Positions 15,455-30,455 are shown, counted from the stretch's first letter. The stretch: 64,000 nt of DNA from the human T2T-CHM13v2.0 reference genome, Homo sapiens (GCF_009914755.1 NC_060947.1), one strand, 5' to 3'. A program made the numbers and translations. Notes: generated by a model not told the origin, from the letters alone.

Positions 15455-16095
15455 TTACCACAATGAGATACTAATTCACAGCAGTCAGAATGGCTACTAT
15501 TAAAAAGTCAAAAAACAACAGATGCTGTTGAGGCTGCAGAGAAAAGGGAATGCTTACACTGTTGGTGGGAATGTAAGTTAGTTCAGTCGCTGTGGAAAGC
15601 AGTTTGGAGATTTCTCAAATAACTTAAAACCGAATTACCATTTGACCCAGCAATCCAATTACTGGGTATATATCCAAAAGAAAACTAATCGTTCTACCAA
15701 AAAGACACATGTATTTACAAGTTCATGACAGCACTATTCACTACAGCAAAGACAAGGAATCATCCCCAGTGCCCATCGGTGGTGGATTCGATAAAGAAAA
15801 TGTGGTGCGTATGCATCATGGAATACTACACAGCCATAAAAAGAACAAAATTATGTCCTTTGCAGCAACATGGATGCAGCTGGAGGCCATTACTCTAAGT
15901 GAATTAACGTAAGAACAGAAAACCAAATAATGCATATGCTCTCTTATAAGTGGCAGCTAAACATTGGATGCTCAAGAATATAAAGATGGCAAATCTCAGC
16001 ACCATGCAAAATACCCAGGTAACAGACCTGCATGTCTACACACTGGATCTAAGATAAAAGCTGAAAAAATAATGATAAACAAATATTTTAAAAAA
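15455..16095 (+). mobile_element. L1PB/L1MA 3' fragment
   Basis: accacaatgagatac...ttaccatttgacccagcaatcc...tcctttgcagcaacatggatgcagctggaggccatt. Confidence 0.92.
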
Positions 16096-17797
16096 CAATC
16101 ATTTCCTCTATGCATTTATTAAGTACATGTTTAAGGAAGACCTATTGAGCCTAGAACTGGCTGAACTGACTCAGGTCCTAAGGATGTAGTGTTGGACAAA
16201 TGACACATGCAACCTGCCCTAATAGCGATTACATTATATTGAGAAAACAGCCCACTGCAATAAAAGTAAGCCAATACACAATATAGTCACAAATTGTAAT
16301 TTGCACTATTAAAGAAATTCTGTTCAGAAACTGTGTGCTATAGAAGAAAATGTGTTAATTCTTTTATTTGACACACTAATGGTACATTGGTCAGGAGGCC
16401 ACATTTGCCAGTGTCATTTTGGCTTTCTGGGGTGTCATCTGTGTTGTGCGGACCACACCTTTGGAAACTGCTCTACTTTCTCTCAGTCCTGGATTAAGAT
16501 TACAAACTCCTAGCTCAATGTGTGCAGCCCCAGACTCTCAGTAAAGATCTCAAAGCAGGACATCTGCAGCTGGCAACATGTCTCCTCAATCTGCAAGGGT
16601 CCGGGCATCCTCCCTGCCAGACATCTGTGGCTTTTCAGTAGCTACAGTTGCATCCCCGTGGGGAGGGCTTACTTGTATTTTTATGCTCCCCCTAACAGGG
16701 AATTTCTTCTCTCTGAGATATGCTTCTGCACAATTGGCTTCTGCTCATCATCATCTCCACACAAGTTTCGACGACTCGTTGACTCCAGGTCTTTTTGTTT
16801 TCTGTTTTTCCCTGTTAAATCACGTATTCCTTTCCGGGTATGGAAACTGCATTCTTACTTAAAAGCAAGAACCCGAATTTCCCTTCTCCTCTAGCCAGGG
16901 GACTAGTTGCATCTATAGCTCACATATTTTCCATCCATCTCCGAGAGAAGCTCAGCATACTGGAGGCATGTGCAGCAGATGTCTTCCTGGTTAACACTTT
17001 CCCAGTAGAAGGCCTGTTAACCTTGAGTACCCAAACTTCAGAGAATGTTCACATTTCTCCAATGCAACATTTGTGATGTATTTTAGGCTCCTTGTTGGCA
17101 TTTTCCTGCAGATCTTTGATTTTCCAAGAACAGACTGCTGACGTTCGCAGGGTAGAAGGTGGCTGTGTCTGTGCCAGGTCTCAGTCCCACTTCTCTCACT
17201 GCCGGTGCCTCCTCTACCTACTTGTGATTCCCCATGAAAAACGCCCCCTTTTAATTCACCTGAATAAACTGCCTCTTCACCACTCCCGGATTCTAATACA
17301 TTGTGTGGGTGTGGCAGGGGATGACACCACTTCCCTTCAGAGCAAGCCTCTGTTTCTTCGGTAAGCGTGGGAGGCCACTAAAAAATTAATTGCAGCAAAT
17401 TGAAAAAAGTCTCGGGCAACATCACAAATGCTAATACAGCAAGGAAAGAGCAGCATGATTGCCTTTTAAAAAGGCCTTTTCATTGATAGTATTATCTCAA
17501 ATGTCTTCATAAAAAGAAAGGGTGCCATCCCTGGTTGCAGAGATCTCCTTAATGAGCTCCAATTTTAAAGGAACATGAGGAAGGAGGAGTCTGCAAATGG
17601 AGATGAGCAGGGCCACAGTGAGCTGGGACTTGTGAAGTGTGCCAAGTCCATCTGCAGCATCTACAGAGACTTTGTCAAGGATAGGCAAGAGACGAAGTGG
17701 AAGCATTTGGAATAGATACCTTGGGTGGCATAGGTGGCACAATATTATCCCATCAGAGCAAGAAATGTTTGCTACTAAGGAGAATGTTTTAAGCTGG

Positions 17798-18390
17798 TGT
17801 GTGAGTTATCTTTTGCTGTGCAACAAATAACACACTTAGGACCTTGAAACAACACACACTTGTTAGCCCACAGTTGCCATGGATCAGGAGTTCAGATACA
17901 GCTTAACCAAGTCCAGCCCTCAGGGCTTTGCAAGGCTATAATCAAGGTGTCAGGCTGTGGTGTCTGGAGCTGGGGTCCTTGTCCAAGATCATATGGTTTT
18001 GGGCAGGAATTAAGTCCTTGCAGTTGTAGCACTGAGGCCTTTGTGCTCTCACTGGCTGTCAGGCAGGGGTCACTGCTTCCAGAAGCTACCCTCAGGCCCT
18101 AGCCTGTGACCCTCTCACAAAATGATAGTTTGTTTCTGCAGTGCCTTTCAGTTGTTCCAGGAGAGTGTCTCTCTCTCTTTCTCCAGCCTGCTACCATGGA
18201 GTCTTATATGACATAATGTAATCATGAGTGGGTGACAACTCATCTTTGCCATCTAAGGTAACGTAATCAAGAGAATGACATTCATCATATTCACCGGTCT
18301 CACCCACACTCAATGGGAGATGATTAGACAGGGCATGCATGATGCATATACCAATCACCGGAGGAGCTTAGGGTTCAGCCTCTCATAGCT
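17798..18390 (-). mobile_element. MLT1 LTR
   Basis: tgtgtgagttatcttttgctgtgcaacaaat...cacagttgccatggatcaggagttcag...cacccacactcaatggg. Confidence 0.75.
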
Positions 18391-18639
18391 AGACAGGAAG
18401 ACACAACATGATTAAGAGGGCCAAAACCAAGAACGGTCACAAGATGTAATCTACAATTAGTTTAAACTTAGTGCAGCATTCTAGATGCAGGTGAGAATTC
18501 TAGATCCATTCAAGTTCACTGAAAGGCTGTACCCAAAAACTGCAGAGAACCACTCCTAGTCATCCCGAAATACAGGCACATCTCCTCAAGTCTGGAGTTG
18601 CCACCAACTTGAAAATAAGGCAAAGAAGTAGACTCCAAA

Positions 18640-19365
18640 CCAAAGACTCACGGTTTAGTTGTGAATTCTAAAATACATTAGACAAATTTTTTTTCAAGCT
18701 CCTAGGGAATGTTATATTGATTACCAGGAGCTAATGCTGATTCACTAAAACAATTCCCTTCAGTCTAACCCAGTTCTTTCTTGATGCAGCCTTCAGTAGA
18801 TAGCTGAGAAAATACTGAAAACGTGATCCCCATTGACTGTAAGATAACTCACACAGGTGCTCTTTGTGGGGAAAGTGAAGAAATATTATCTGAAGTAAAG
18901 TGCTCGCTGTTTTTTTAACTGCTTTACCTAGAAGTGGGTCAGCTATAAAGTGGGATGGATATTAATCTGAAGAATGGCATTTTGCAGTGAGAGGAAGGAC
19001 TGTGCACTCAGCACTGGCCCACTCAATACTAAAACGGATGTTTTGGAATGTTTGTGGATTGCCTATTTTGGGAACAATGGTCCATAAAATAAATCACGGC
19101 CTGGAGATTCAATATCATCCCTACAAGCTTAGCCAGTTGGCAGCAGTAAAATCAATTGAGCTTTCATATCATATGCTGCCTCGCATACAGTTGACCTTTA
19201 ACTCAATACTATTTAACAGAGATCGAAGTAAACTCCTCTATATAGGCTCAGAACTCCACCAAGGAAGTACACTATGAGGAATCCCTGGCTTAACAGCTTT
19301 CATGTGACAAACATCAATAGTTCTAATGGCCTTAAGGCACAGTATTAACAAGAGCCAACAGGGAG
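18640..19365 (+). mobile_element. L3/CR1 LINE RT-region relic
   Basis: gattaccaggagctaatgctgattcactaaaacaa...tttaacagagatcgaagtaaactcct...tggcttaacagctttcatgtga...agccaacag resembles the L3 consensus. Confidence 0.55.
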
Positions 19366-19399
19366 AATCCACAGTCTACAGAGAGTTACAGCAGTGGAC

Positions 19400-19620
19400 A
19401 TTGCCTGTGCCCTACAATGCGAACAGATGGATAAATGGGTGTGTGTGGGGGGGCGGGTGTCTCATGGTCAGATATGTGTGGAAAGTGTCCAGTCAAATGA
19501 AGTTAAGCAAGTTTCATTACTGTAATCCTTCCAGATGTCAGCATGTATTTTGAATATCTAAGGGTGGACAATGATTTCACTGAGAATTTCATGGAACTAG
19601 ATTCTGGAAGCACTCAGGGA
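19400..19620. mobile_element. MER103-like hAT fragment
   Basis: atgtgtggaaagtg...aagttaagcaagtttcattactg. Confidence 0.45.
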
Positions 19621-19837
19621 AAAACTAAATTATCACAACACCAGGCTGTCCTCATTAGTATGCAATGTCTATATTTAAAAAGCTAAAAGTCAAAGGTCAC
19701 CTGCCCTGGACACAAGACTTCTGTCTTGCAGAGGTCAGTTCTAAGGGCCTGGAAAATTCCAAGTTATTCTGGCTAACCAGAGCACACCCAGAGGGGAAAG
19801 GCAGATGCAGCACAGGATACGCTCAAGAGGATCTCCC

Positions 19838-20248
19838 TCTGTCTGTCCAGGTGCACTGCTATAAAGAAACACCTGAGACTGGGTAATTTATAAGGAAAAG
19901 AGGTTTATTTTGGCTCACAGTTCTGCAGGCTGTACAGGAAGTGTGGTGCTGGCACCTGTTTCTGGTGAGGGCCTCAGGAAGCTTCCAATCATGGCGGAAG
20001 GCAGGAGAGCAGACGTGTCACATGGTGAAAGCAGGAGCAAGGTAGGGGAGAAGGTGCCACACACTTCTAAACAATCAGATCTCACACGAACTCAGAGCAA
20101 GAACTCACTCATTACTATGAAGAGGACGCCAACTCTTTCATGAGGGATCCACCCCCATGACCACCTCCAACCAGGCTCCACCACCTCTAGCATTGGGGAT
20201 CGTATTTCAACATAAGACTTGGAGGGGACACACATCCAAACCATATCA
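19838..20248 (-). mobile_element. MSTA/MSTB MaLR solo LTR
   Basis: ctgctataaagaaacacctgagactgggtaatttataaggaaaagaggttta...ggggacacacatccaaaccatatca. Confidence 0.92.
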
Positions 20249-20277
20249 TCTCCCTTCCTGTGTCTTGCCGTATCTCA

Positions 20278-20342
20278 TTTTTTTATTATTATTATACTTT
20301 AAGTTTTAGGGTACATGTGCACAACGTGCAGGTTTGTTACAT
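20278..20342 (-). mobile_element. L1PA extreme 3' end (~60 bp)
   Basis: ttattattatactttaagttttagggtacatgtgcacaacgtgcaggtttgttacat is a near-perfect L1PA terminus. Confidence 0.92.
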
Positions 20343-20749
20343 TTTGCCTTGTTCACAAGACAGCCTTATGAGCTGCAGAGAATGAAGCCATGTCATCCTT
20401 TCATCCCTTATGGTCTCTCTGCCCTCATATATGCATAACTATCAAGAGATAAGATGGTCTCAGCCTCTTAACAAGTTCTCAGTAGGAGGCCTGACCATTT
20501 GGGAAGCTTTTCCTTCCAAGTATTCATGGGCTCTCAATTTAAAAGCAAGGACATTAAATCTACTCAAGGCTCCTGACACATTCCTGGTTCCCTCCTATGG
20601 TAGGCTGCTTCTAAAGCAGCTTCCAAGAATCCCACCTCCCTGTAGAAGCCTCTCTGCCTGTCTGTGGGCTGGACCTAATGACTCACTTTTAAGCAATGAA
20701 TATGACAAAAGCAATGTGACTTCTAACATCAGTTGTAAATGTCTGTAAC

Positions 20750-21160
20750 CAATCTATAAATACATAAAGCAGATTCATTGTTGCTGAGGGCTGGGATGGG
20801 GGTCCGAGGGCTAGGGGTTGGGGGGTAATAACTAAAAATATATGAAGTGTCTATCTACAGCCAGACCACCCTGAACATGCCTGATCCCAATTGATCTTGG
20901 AAACTAAGCAGGGTTGGGCCTAGTTAGAACTTGGATGGGAGACCACCTGAGAATGCTGGGTGCTGTAAGCTTTATAAGATAAAATAAAATTTAAAAAATA
21001 AATAAATATAAAAATGAAAAGATATGAAGTTTCTTTTGAAGGTAACAAAAATGTTTTAAAATGTATTGTAGTGATGGTTGCATAAATCTGCAAATATACT
21101 AATAACCATTGAATTGTACAAATTAAATGGGTGAATAGTATGGTATGTAAATTATATCTC
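20750..21160 (+). mobile_element. L1M 3' end hosting the 5S pseudogene
   Basis: agattcattgttgctgaggg...tttcttttgaaggtaacaaaaatgttttaaaat...ccattgaattgtaca...aattatatctc. Confidence 0.8.
20853..20973 (+). pseudogene. 5S rRNA retropseudogene (RNA5SP-type), full length, 121 nt
   Basis: Colinear with mammalian 5S rRNA from atctacagcc to tgctgtaagcttt with CpG-decay changes; A-rich tail 20974-21020; 18 bp TSD aaaatatatgaagtgtct/aaaagatatgaagtttct. Confidence 0.95.
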
Positions 21161-21475
21161 TTTTTCATAGCAAAACTTTGATCACATTTTATTAAATATA
21201 AGGTAACTGTAAAAAGCATTTTAACGTCTCTTAAATCAGTTTGCATTTTACAATCAATAATGTCTTTTGATCACTGTTGGGATAGACTAAGAGCATTTTA
21301 AATTAAAATTTCTTCATGAGATTTTAGACCACATGGGTGGTGTCAACTCAGAATATAAATCTGCTTGCGGTTCAAAATCTTTTTCCCCTCCCTCTACCTA
21401 GTGCTATGATTGAGACATGAAAGTTTCCTTGCTGTTTCTTTTCACATGGTAGTTTCGTTTATTTCTATCCTAGGC

Positions 21476-21787
21476 CTCTGGTTGTGAGCTGCCCTGTAGA
21501 GAAGCCCATATGGCAAGGAACCGAAGGCAGCCTTGGGACAACAACCAACAAGGAACTGAGGCCCTCGAGCCAATAAGCCTGCAAGCAAAGGAATCCTGCC
21601 AATAACACGTGCGTGAGCTTGGAAGCAGATCCTTCCACAGTCAAGTCTAAAGATGACCACAGTCCTGGCCAACATCTTCAGATGCTGAGGACCCAGCTAA
21701 ATGACCGCCAGATTCCTGACAGAAAAACTTGAGATAAAGCCTCTAAAGTGGGGGCCATTTGTCACACAGCAACAGATAGCTCATATA
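21476..21787 (+). mobile_element. MLT1 LTR 3' portion
   Basis: gctgccctgtagagaagcccatatggcaaggaac...gagcttggaagcagatcct...ttgtcacacagcaacagatagctcata. Confidence 0.8.
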
Positions 21788-22722
21788 CTTCAAAAGAGTT
21801 CCTCGGTCCTCTCCTCAATTTTTTATTCTTTGCCAGACCTCTTTTTAGCTTCCAGAAAGGAGTCTTACAAAAACCTCCTGGTGCAATGCTTCATGCAGGG
21901 ATTATGCAGACCATCCCCGCCCCCACCCCTTGACTCTCACCACTTTCCTTTCCTGGAATGTCCCCTTCTGTCTCCTCAACATGCATATGATGTTGAGACT
22001 TCCTTCAGGCCTTTGTGTTTTTTATGAAGTGCAAACCCACCTTCCAGCCATACACTCTCTTTCCGAGAGTGATTTTTCCTGTCTGAGAATTTCCAGGACA
22101 CAAGTTGACACATTGAGCAACAATATCTTACGGTATCTTTAATGTGTAGGTGACCAATCAGGAAGATTGCTTTTAAATCGCTTTTCGGGAAAAAGAAGTT
22201 TATTTTCTCTCAATATTTATATTTCTGTATAAATTTTTAGAGATTTGCATTTCTTTTATCCATTGCTCTGATTCCATTTTTGTTTGTTCTTCAGTATCCC
22301 ATTTTATATAACTAAGGAATTCCCATTTTTGTCCTTTTCAGAGTTATATTATATGGCACTGTATTTTTTCACATATTTAAACTTATTCTTATCTAATTGA
22401 TATTAATTTAGACTTCCAGTTGTCTGCTATGTTGTAATATTGTACTTATGTTTAATTATTCCACATCTATGTGTGTATTTTTAGTACCCGAAATACCATC
22501 TAATTTCAGCCACTATAGCTACTTCATCATCCATTTTTGGATTCTTAAGCATGTCTTGCCCAGAACCTTTAAATGGATTTGCACTAGATTTACTACCTTT
22601 CTCGGCCTGAGAAAGTTATTACAGTTTTTAAAGCCCCAAACTTATTACCAGACATTGGTAGCAAAGGAAAATTGGTTCAAGTTTTGGGAGGCTCTAACTC
22701 AAGATGAACTTCATTTCATTCA

Positions 22723-22890
<168 letters not shown>

Positions 22891-25099
22891 TCAAGTTGTA
22901 AAACTGAGTATGAACATCAATGTATGGATCTAGATATCAAATGTTCAAAGCATTGAAACCTATGAAATTCCAGAAAATAAATCTTTATAAAGTATATTGT
23001 TTCCTGACCAAAATCTAAAAATGTTCTTCTATTTATTACACTACTAGACAAAACTCTAAAATAGATATTTATATAGTACAATCTTGCCAAATGGCTCTGT
23101 GATGGAGACTCGGTGACTCATTGCTTTAAAGAAAGAGCCAGCCCAGAATGTGCCGAAGTCTTTAAGATATCCATATAACAAACAGTGTTGAAGATAGAGA
23201 TGTCATGTACAAGGAAATGAGAAAGATACTCAAAATAAAGAGAAAATATTTTGCATAGATAATTGAAATGAATGTGCTTTCATTTCCAAATATTAAACTA
23301 ACACTAATCATGATAAGAGCTAAATCCCCAGGCAGGGCTTAGAAACCCAAGAGGCATGTGGGGCCCATTAACCAAAAGAGGCTTAAGCTCGGGCGATGAC
23401 AGTATCTGCAAACAAATACATTTATTAAGAATGAAAGTAGTTCAGCGTCCTTGAAGAGCAAACTTCCTCTAAAGTGAAGTAGAAATTTATTTCATTAGCG
23501 AAAATGTCTATTTAGCACCAAATTGGCACAGTGTCCACATTGCCTGAGCAAACTATAAGGGGAAATTGGTGTTTATTTACATCCCATTTCTCTTCCCAAG
23601 GGATTTGAAAGACCAGGAGGAAGCTATTAAGGAGACAGTCGTATTTTTTCCATTGTTATCCTCATTTATGATATAGCCATTGCCCCGTCACTAAAATAGC
23701 TGCTGAGCCACTTGGTAAGGCAAAAGGGAATTCTAGGCAATACGGCAGACTAAGCTGACACAGACAGACCCTACTCGTTCTGCAAAGACTTTGCAAAACT
23801 GGACAAAATATATGCATATTCCAGCTTGGGGCAGAGGGCAGACTGGGTGGGGAATGTCCTAGGTACCAGACACAAAGAAGCGATCAAAGTAGAGTCATAA
23901 GTGGCAGACAGTAACAAGACCACAGTGGAGTGTGTGACTTGTATGATCGGATCTGTGGACTGGGGTCTCGGTGCTCGCAAGAAGACAGGAGGCATGGCCT
24001 TGGGCCTATACAAAGTGACTAAGCTAGTACTGGTCTCAGGGAAATCCAGAAGTCCACATGTGTTACCCACCCATGAAATAGAGATGGGAAGAACTATCCA
24101 CTGGCCCAGGGACACGGAGGCTTTTCAAATCCCCAGGGCCTGGGTGACACAGGTGGAAGCAAAGAGGCTTCATATGACATAGAAAATCTGGCATCGTGCT
24201 ATGTTGAGGGTACAGGCCCCCAGCTTTGTTCATTTCGTTTGGAACCTGAAACCAAGAAATTAACATTAAAAACTCAAGGGGGACCAGCAGGAGCAAAAGA
24301 AAGAAGAAAGAAGGCAAGCACAAAAGGAGCTGAGAGAGCACACAAACATGACAAGCAGGGAGAATGAGCAGCCGAGGACTGGGAATCATCATGCCACCTA
24401 AAAAAGACAACACAATAAGCTTCTAAAAAGGAGGGAAGAGGAAAGAGAAAGGATAGAAACCACAGTGCAATAACAAGGTATTCTTTTTTTAAGAAAAGAA
24501 CTATTTAGAGAAACACTACACAGAATTCTAGAAATGCGCACGCATGCCCACACACAGAAACGTACATAGCTTCATTGGCATGAAAAACTCCATCGAGGAA
24601 TGGAGGAGCTCCAGTTTCCAATAATACAGGCTAAAGTCAACCTCCCATTGAAAGCAACAAAAGAACCGGCTTGCTTGTAGTATCTCAAATCACCTGGAAA
24701 CGTGGAAGACCTCAGAAGCTGTGGAGGCCTCCCGGGCTGATTTTTAGGCGCACACTGGGACTAGGGAAGAAAATAGGTATCAGACACCAAACCTTTCGTG
24801 CACGCCTTCACGTCACTGTGACACTAGGAACTCACACCTGGCCTTTTGTTCTCATTCTAAGAGAAATCTAATGGGTCCCACAGAAGACCTTGCCCTGTAC
24901 AGTGGTGAGAACAGACAACAGATAAATTAACTCTACTGCCCGCTCCTTAGTCCAGAGGACTTGATCTGAGTGGAAAGGAAAAGGGAAAGAAAGCAAAAGA
25001 GAAGGACACACACATGGAAGTTGTGACCACTGACCCACTCTAACTTGCTCAAGAAAAAATAAGCTAAGGATACCTTCTGTCACCTTTTCTACTCACCAT

Positions 25100-25920
25100 T
25101 GTTCTGGGAATCAGAACACACACATAGTTTTAATAAAAGACTTCACATCTTCATAATTTTCAGACAAGATGACTGTCAAATCACAAAAATTCTAACTGAA
25201 TCTACAAAGAAGCTCTTGGAACTAATAAGAGAGTTTGGCAAGATTTTTGGATACAAGGTCACTAAACAAACATCAACAGGGTTCCAGCCACAATCAACCA
25301 GAAAAAATATGTTAATAATCCCATTCACAATAGCAACAAAGAGTGTAAGTTACCTAGTCACAAATCACATAAAGAAGGTACAAGATCTATACGGAGATTA
25401 TGGTATGGACATAAGAGAAGATCCTGCAATCTCACTCCTGGGTTATACCCCTAGAGAAATGAAAACTTCTGTATATGCATGTATAGAGCAGGTCTAAGCA
25501 TAATCACCCAAACCAAGAAACAACAAAAATCTCCTTCATCTTGGTGAATAAATAAACAAAATGTGGCCTATCTATACAACAGAGTGCTATTCACCAATCA
25601 CATGAAATGAACTATTGATACAACTTGGGTGAATTTCAAAGGCATTATGAGCTAAAGAAGCCAGTCTTAACACAAGTTCATTTATATGACATTCTCCAAG
25701 AAAAAACTGTAGCGCTGGAAGACAGATCAGCCATTGCAGGAGTTGGGATGGAGAGGACGTAACTACAAAGGAATAGCATTCAAGAGTTTCAGGGCTGGCA
25801 GAACTGTTCTATATCCTCATTTGACTGGTGGCTACATGTATAAAATTAATAGAGCTGTGTGCATTAAAAAGTAAATTTCACTGTATGTTAATTGAGAAAA
25901 TAAAATTTTAAAGTACAAGA
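25100..25920 (+). mobile_element. Old L1M fragments (ORF2 piece plus 3' end)
   Basis: Degenerate ORF2-like peptide (ESTKKLLELIREFGK...IPFTIATK...KKVQDLY) followed by L1 3' UTR motifs. Confidence 0.85.
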
Positions 25921-25922
25921 AC

Positions 25923-26596
<674 letters not shown>

Positions 26597-27055
26597 TTCA
26601 TGCACTATTCACAATAGCAAAGACATGGAATCAACCTAAATGCCCAACAGTGATAGACTGGATAAAGAAAATATGGTACATATACACCACAGAATACTAT
26701 GCAGCCATAAAAAAGAACAAGATCATGTCCTTTGCAGGGACATGGATGGAGCTGGCAGCCATTATCCTTAGCAAACTAATGCAGGAACAGAAAACCAAAT
26801 ACCGCATATTCTCACTTATAAGTGGGAGCTAAATGATGAGAACACATGGGCACATAGAAGGAAACAGCAGACACTGGAGCCTATTGGAGAGTGGAAGGTG
26901 GGAGGAGGCAGAGGATCAGGAAAAATGACTGATGGGTACTAGGCTTAATACCTGGATGATGAAATAATCTGTATAACAAACCCCCACGACACAAGTTTAC
27001 CTATGTAACCAACCTGTACATATACCCCTTAACTTAAAATACAAGTTAAAAAAAT
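26597..27055 (+). mobile_element. L1PB/L1PA-old 3' fragment
   Basis: gcactattcacaatagcaaagacatggaatcaacc...caaacccccacgacacaagtttacctatgtaac. Confidence 0.92.
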
Positions 27056-27087
27056 ATATAAATTGGTGTTCATTTACATAGATTCAA

Positions 27088-27230
27088 ATATCTCTCATCA
27101 TCTATCAATCTTCTATTATCTATCATCTATCTATCATCTCTCAATCATCTAGCAATCATCTGTTGCTTATCTATCATCTGTCATCTATGTATCATTTATT
27201 TATTTTCTATCAACTATCTATCTACCTAAC
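27088..27230. repeat. Degenerate (TCTA)/(TCA)n low-complexity repeat
   Basis: Repeated atct/atc units. Confidence 0.85.
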
Positions 27231-27482
27231 CATACCCCAGGCACAAAAATAAATTCTAATCAGATTAAATTCCTAAAGGTGAAATGCAAAACATAAAAAA
27301 AGTACTAAAAATCCAGAAGAAAAAAATATGACAGAAAAAAATAAAGGATATGAAAAAAGTATGCCCCAAGGGCCATCAGTCAAATAAAAATTAAAGCAAT
27401 ACAGTTTTACTTCACACCCATCAAATATGTGAAGATGCAAATGTTTGGCATTCAAAACACTGGCAAAGATGAAGAAATGAAC

Positions 27483-28075
27483 TTTTTAAACAGACGTTAT
27501 CACAGCAGTTTTGGATTAACAGAAAAGCTACAGAAAGTATGGACTTCCCATCTGTTACCTTCCACCACCTCCACAGTCAACATTTTGGTACTTTTGTTAC
27601 AACTGATGAATTAACATTAAGAAATTTATTAACTAAAGTCCATAGTTTGCATTGAAGTTCACTCTTTGTGTTATAGTTTTTATGAGTTTTGACAAATGTA
27701 TAATAACTTGGGTCCACCATTACAATATCACGCAGAATAAGTTCACTGCACTGAAAACTCCCTGTGTCCAGACTGTTGCTCCCTTTTTCCCCCTGAAACC
27801 CTGGTAATCACTGATCCTTTTACTGTCTCTATAGTTTTCCTTTTTCCAGAATGACATATCTTTGGAATTATACAGTATGTAGCCTTTTCAGGCCAGCTTC
27901 TTTCACTTAGCAATATGCATTTAAGTTTCCTCTTATGTCTTTTGGTGGCTTGATAGCTCATTTCTTTATACTGCTAAATAATAGTCCATTGTCCCAGTGT
28001 GCCACAGTTTGTTTATCTACTTACCCACTGAAGGACATATTGGTTTCTTACAAGTTTTGGCAATTATGAATTAAT
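27483..28075 (-). mobile_element. L1MC/MD-type 3' end, inserted antisense in older L1
   Basis: ttttccagaatgacatatc...cttctttcacttagcaatatgcatttaag...caagttttggcaattatgaat. Confidence 0.85.
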
Positions 28076-28430
28076 GGGCTTCTTATATATCACTGGGAGA
28101 AAGACAAACTGCAACAACAGCTTTGGAAGATAAGGTGGCAACATCTAATGCAGTTGAAAAATTCTTAAGGAAGAATAAAGACCTAGGTATAGCCTTTTGG
28201 GGACACTTTGAAAAGAGGGAGGAAGGGCATGTCTTACCACATACCAAGACTTACTATAAAGCTCTAGTAGTTAGAACCATGAGGAAGGGCCGTATACACA
28301 GAGCTCAGCACTTCCATTCCTAGGTACACATCACAGAAAAACTCTTGCCAGGAAACATACAGAAAAATGTCCATTAAACACTTTCTGTAATGGGGAAAAT
28401 TGCAAACAAACTAGACGTGTGCCAATTACT

Positions 28431-28900
28431 GTATTGGGATAGGAGACAATTCTCCATGAGGCTCTCTCAGATGTCTGCACATTTTTTCAGCAGAGGCACT
28501 GGCAGCTTTTGTTCTGGATGATCTTTTCAAGAGTATTTGTATGGTGAACAGCCTCAGAAGATAGTAATAGTGTCTCCCTCTGGAGCAAAGTTTAAGCAGA
28601 CTGGCTTACTGACCATTGTAAAAGATTTGAGTTTTCTAACTTCAGGGTTCCTCTGCTATGACACCAACTGACTGCATGTGTAGCAAACACGTGGACTCCT
28701 CCACATCACCTCCATGGAATTCCAGGCACAAAGAGAACTGGTAAAAACATGAAGCTCCTGCTGTTCACTGTGACGTGAGTAACAGAGTCCATTGTCTGAT
28801 CCAAGAGTCTCATGATTGCTGTCAGTATCCAAGGTACTGTGGCTGGCAAAACTCCTCACATGAAAGTAGGGTAAAATCTTAGACCCTCCTCAGTTCTTGA
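28431..28900 (+). mobile_element. ERVL LTR (LTR47-like)
   Basis: ggagacaattctccatg...agcagaggcact...gtgtctccctctggagcaaag...gggtaaaatcttagaccct; family assigned from memory. Confidence 0.6.
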
Positions 28901-29004
28901 GAAATGGGTAAATAAAATTTTGAAGTGGTTATACAACAGGCTGCCAAAGAACAGAATAAATAAATTAAAACAGCAGGTATCCACACAGATAAATTTCAAT
29001 AATA

Positions 29005-29727
<723 letters not shown>

Positions 29728-30093
29728 TCAATAATATATTTTTAGGTGAACATAGCTAAACCACAAAATGATATATCCAGCACTTCCATAAAATCCGTGT
29801 TGCTTTGAGCACATATACATGTGTAAAATACAAACGGGCACTGACATATAATCTTCAGGATAATGCTTAACTCAGGAGAAGCAGGATGGAGGAACTGAAG
29901 CAGAATTTCTTAAATCTTATGAAAATATGTAAAAATGCTAACATGTGTTCCTTCCATCAGCTGGGTACAGAAGTTTGCTGTATAGATCCACAGTCTTTAT
30001 ATGCAATTCTGAAAAATTTGTTCTTAATTCTCTTTCAATGTATATACATACATACACACACACACACACATATTTTATAATTTAAAGGTACTA

Positions 30094-30455
<362 letters not shown>

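Noticed and set aside
20853-20973. Functional 5S rRNA gene
   Set aside because: Many substitutions, A-rich tail and TSD, isolated from any 5S tandem unit: a pseudogene.
23110-23125. Isolated AP-1 sites (TGACTCA/TGAGTCA) here and elsewhere
   Set aside because: The number seen is about what chance gives for a 7-mer; no clustering.
25099-25497. 132 aa ORF with L1 ORF2 similarity (also 15709, 26650, 60446, 60867)
   Set aside because: Degenerate fragments of dead L1 elements; no intact ORF2.
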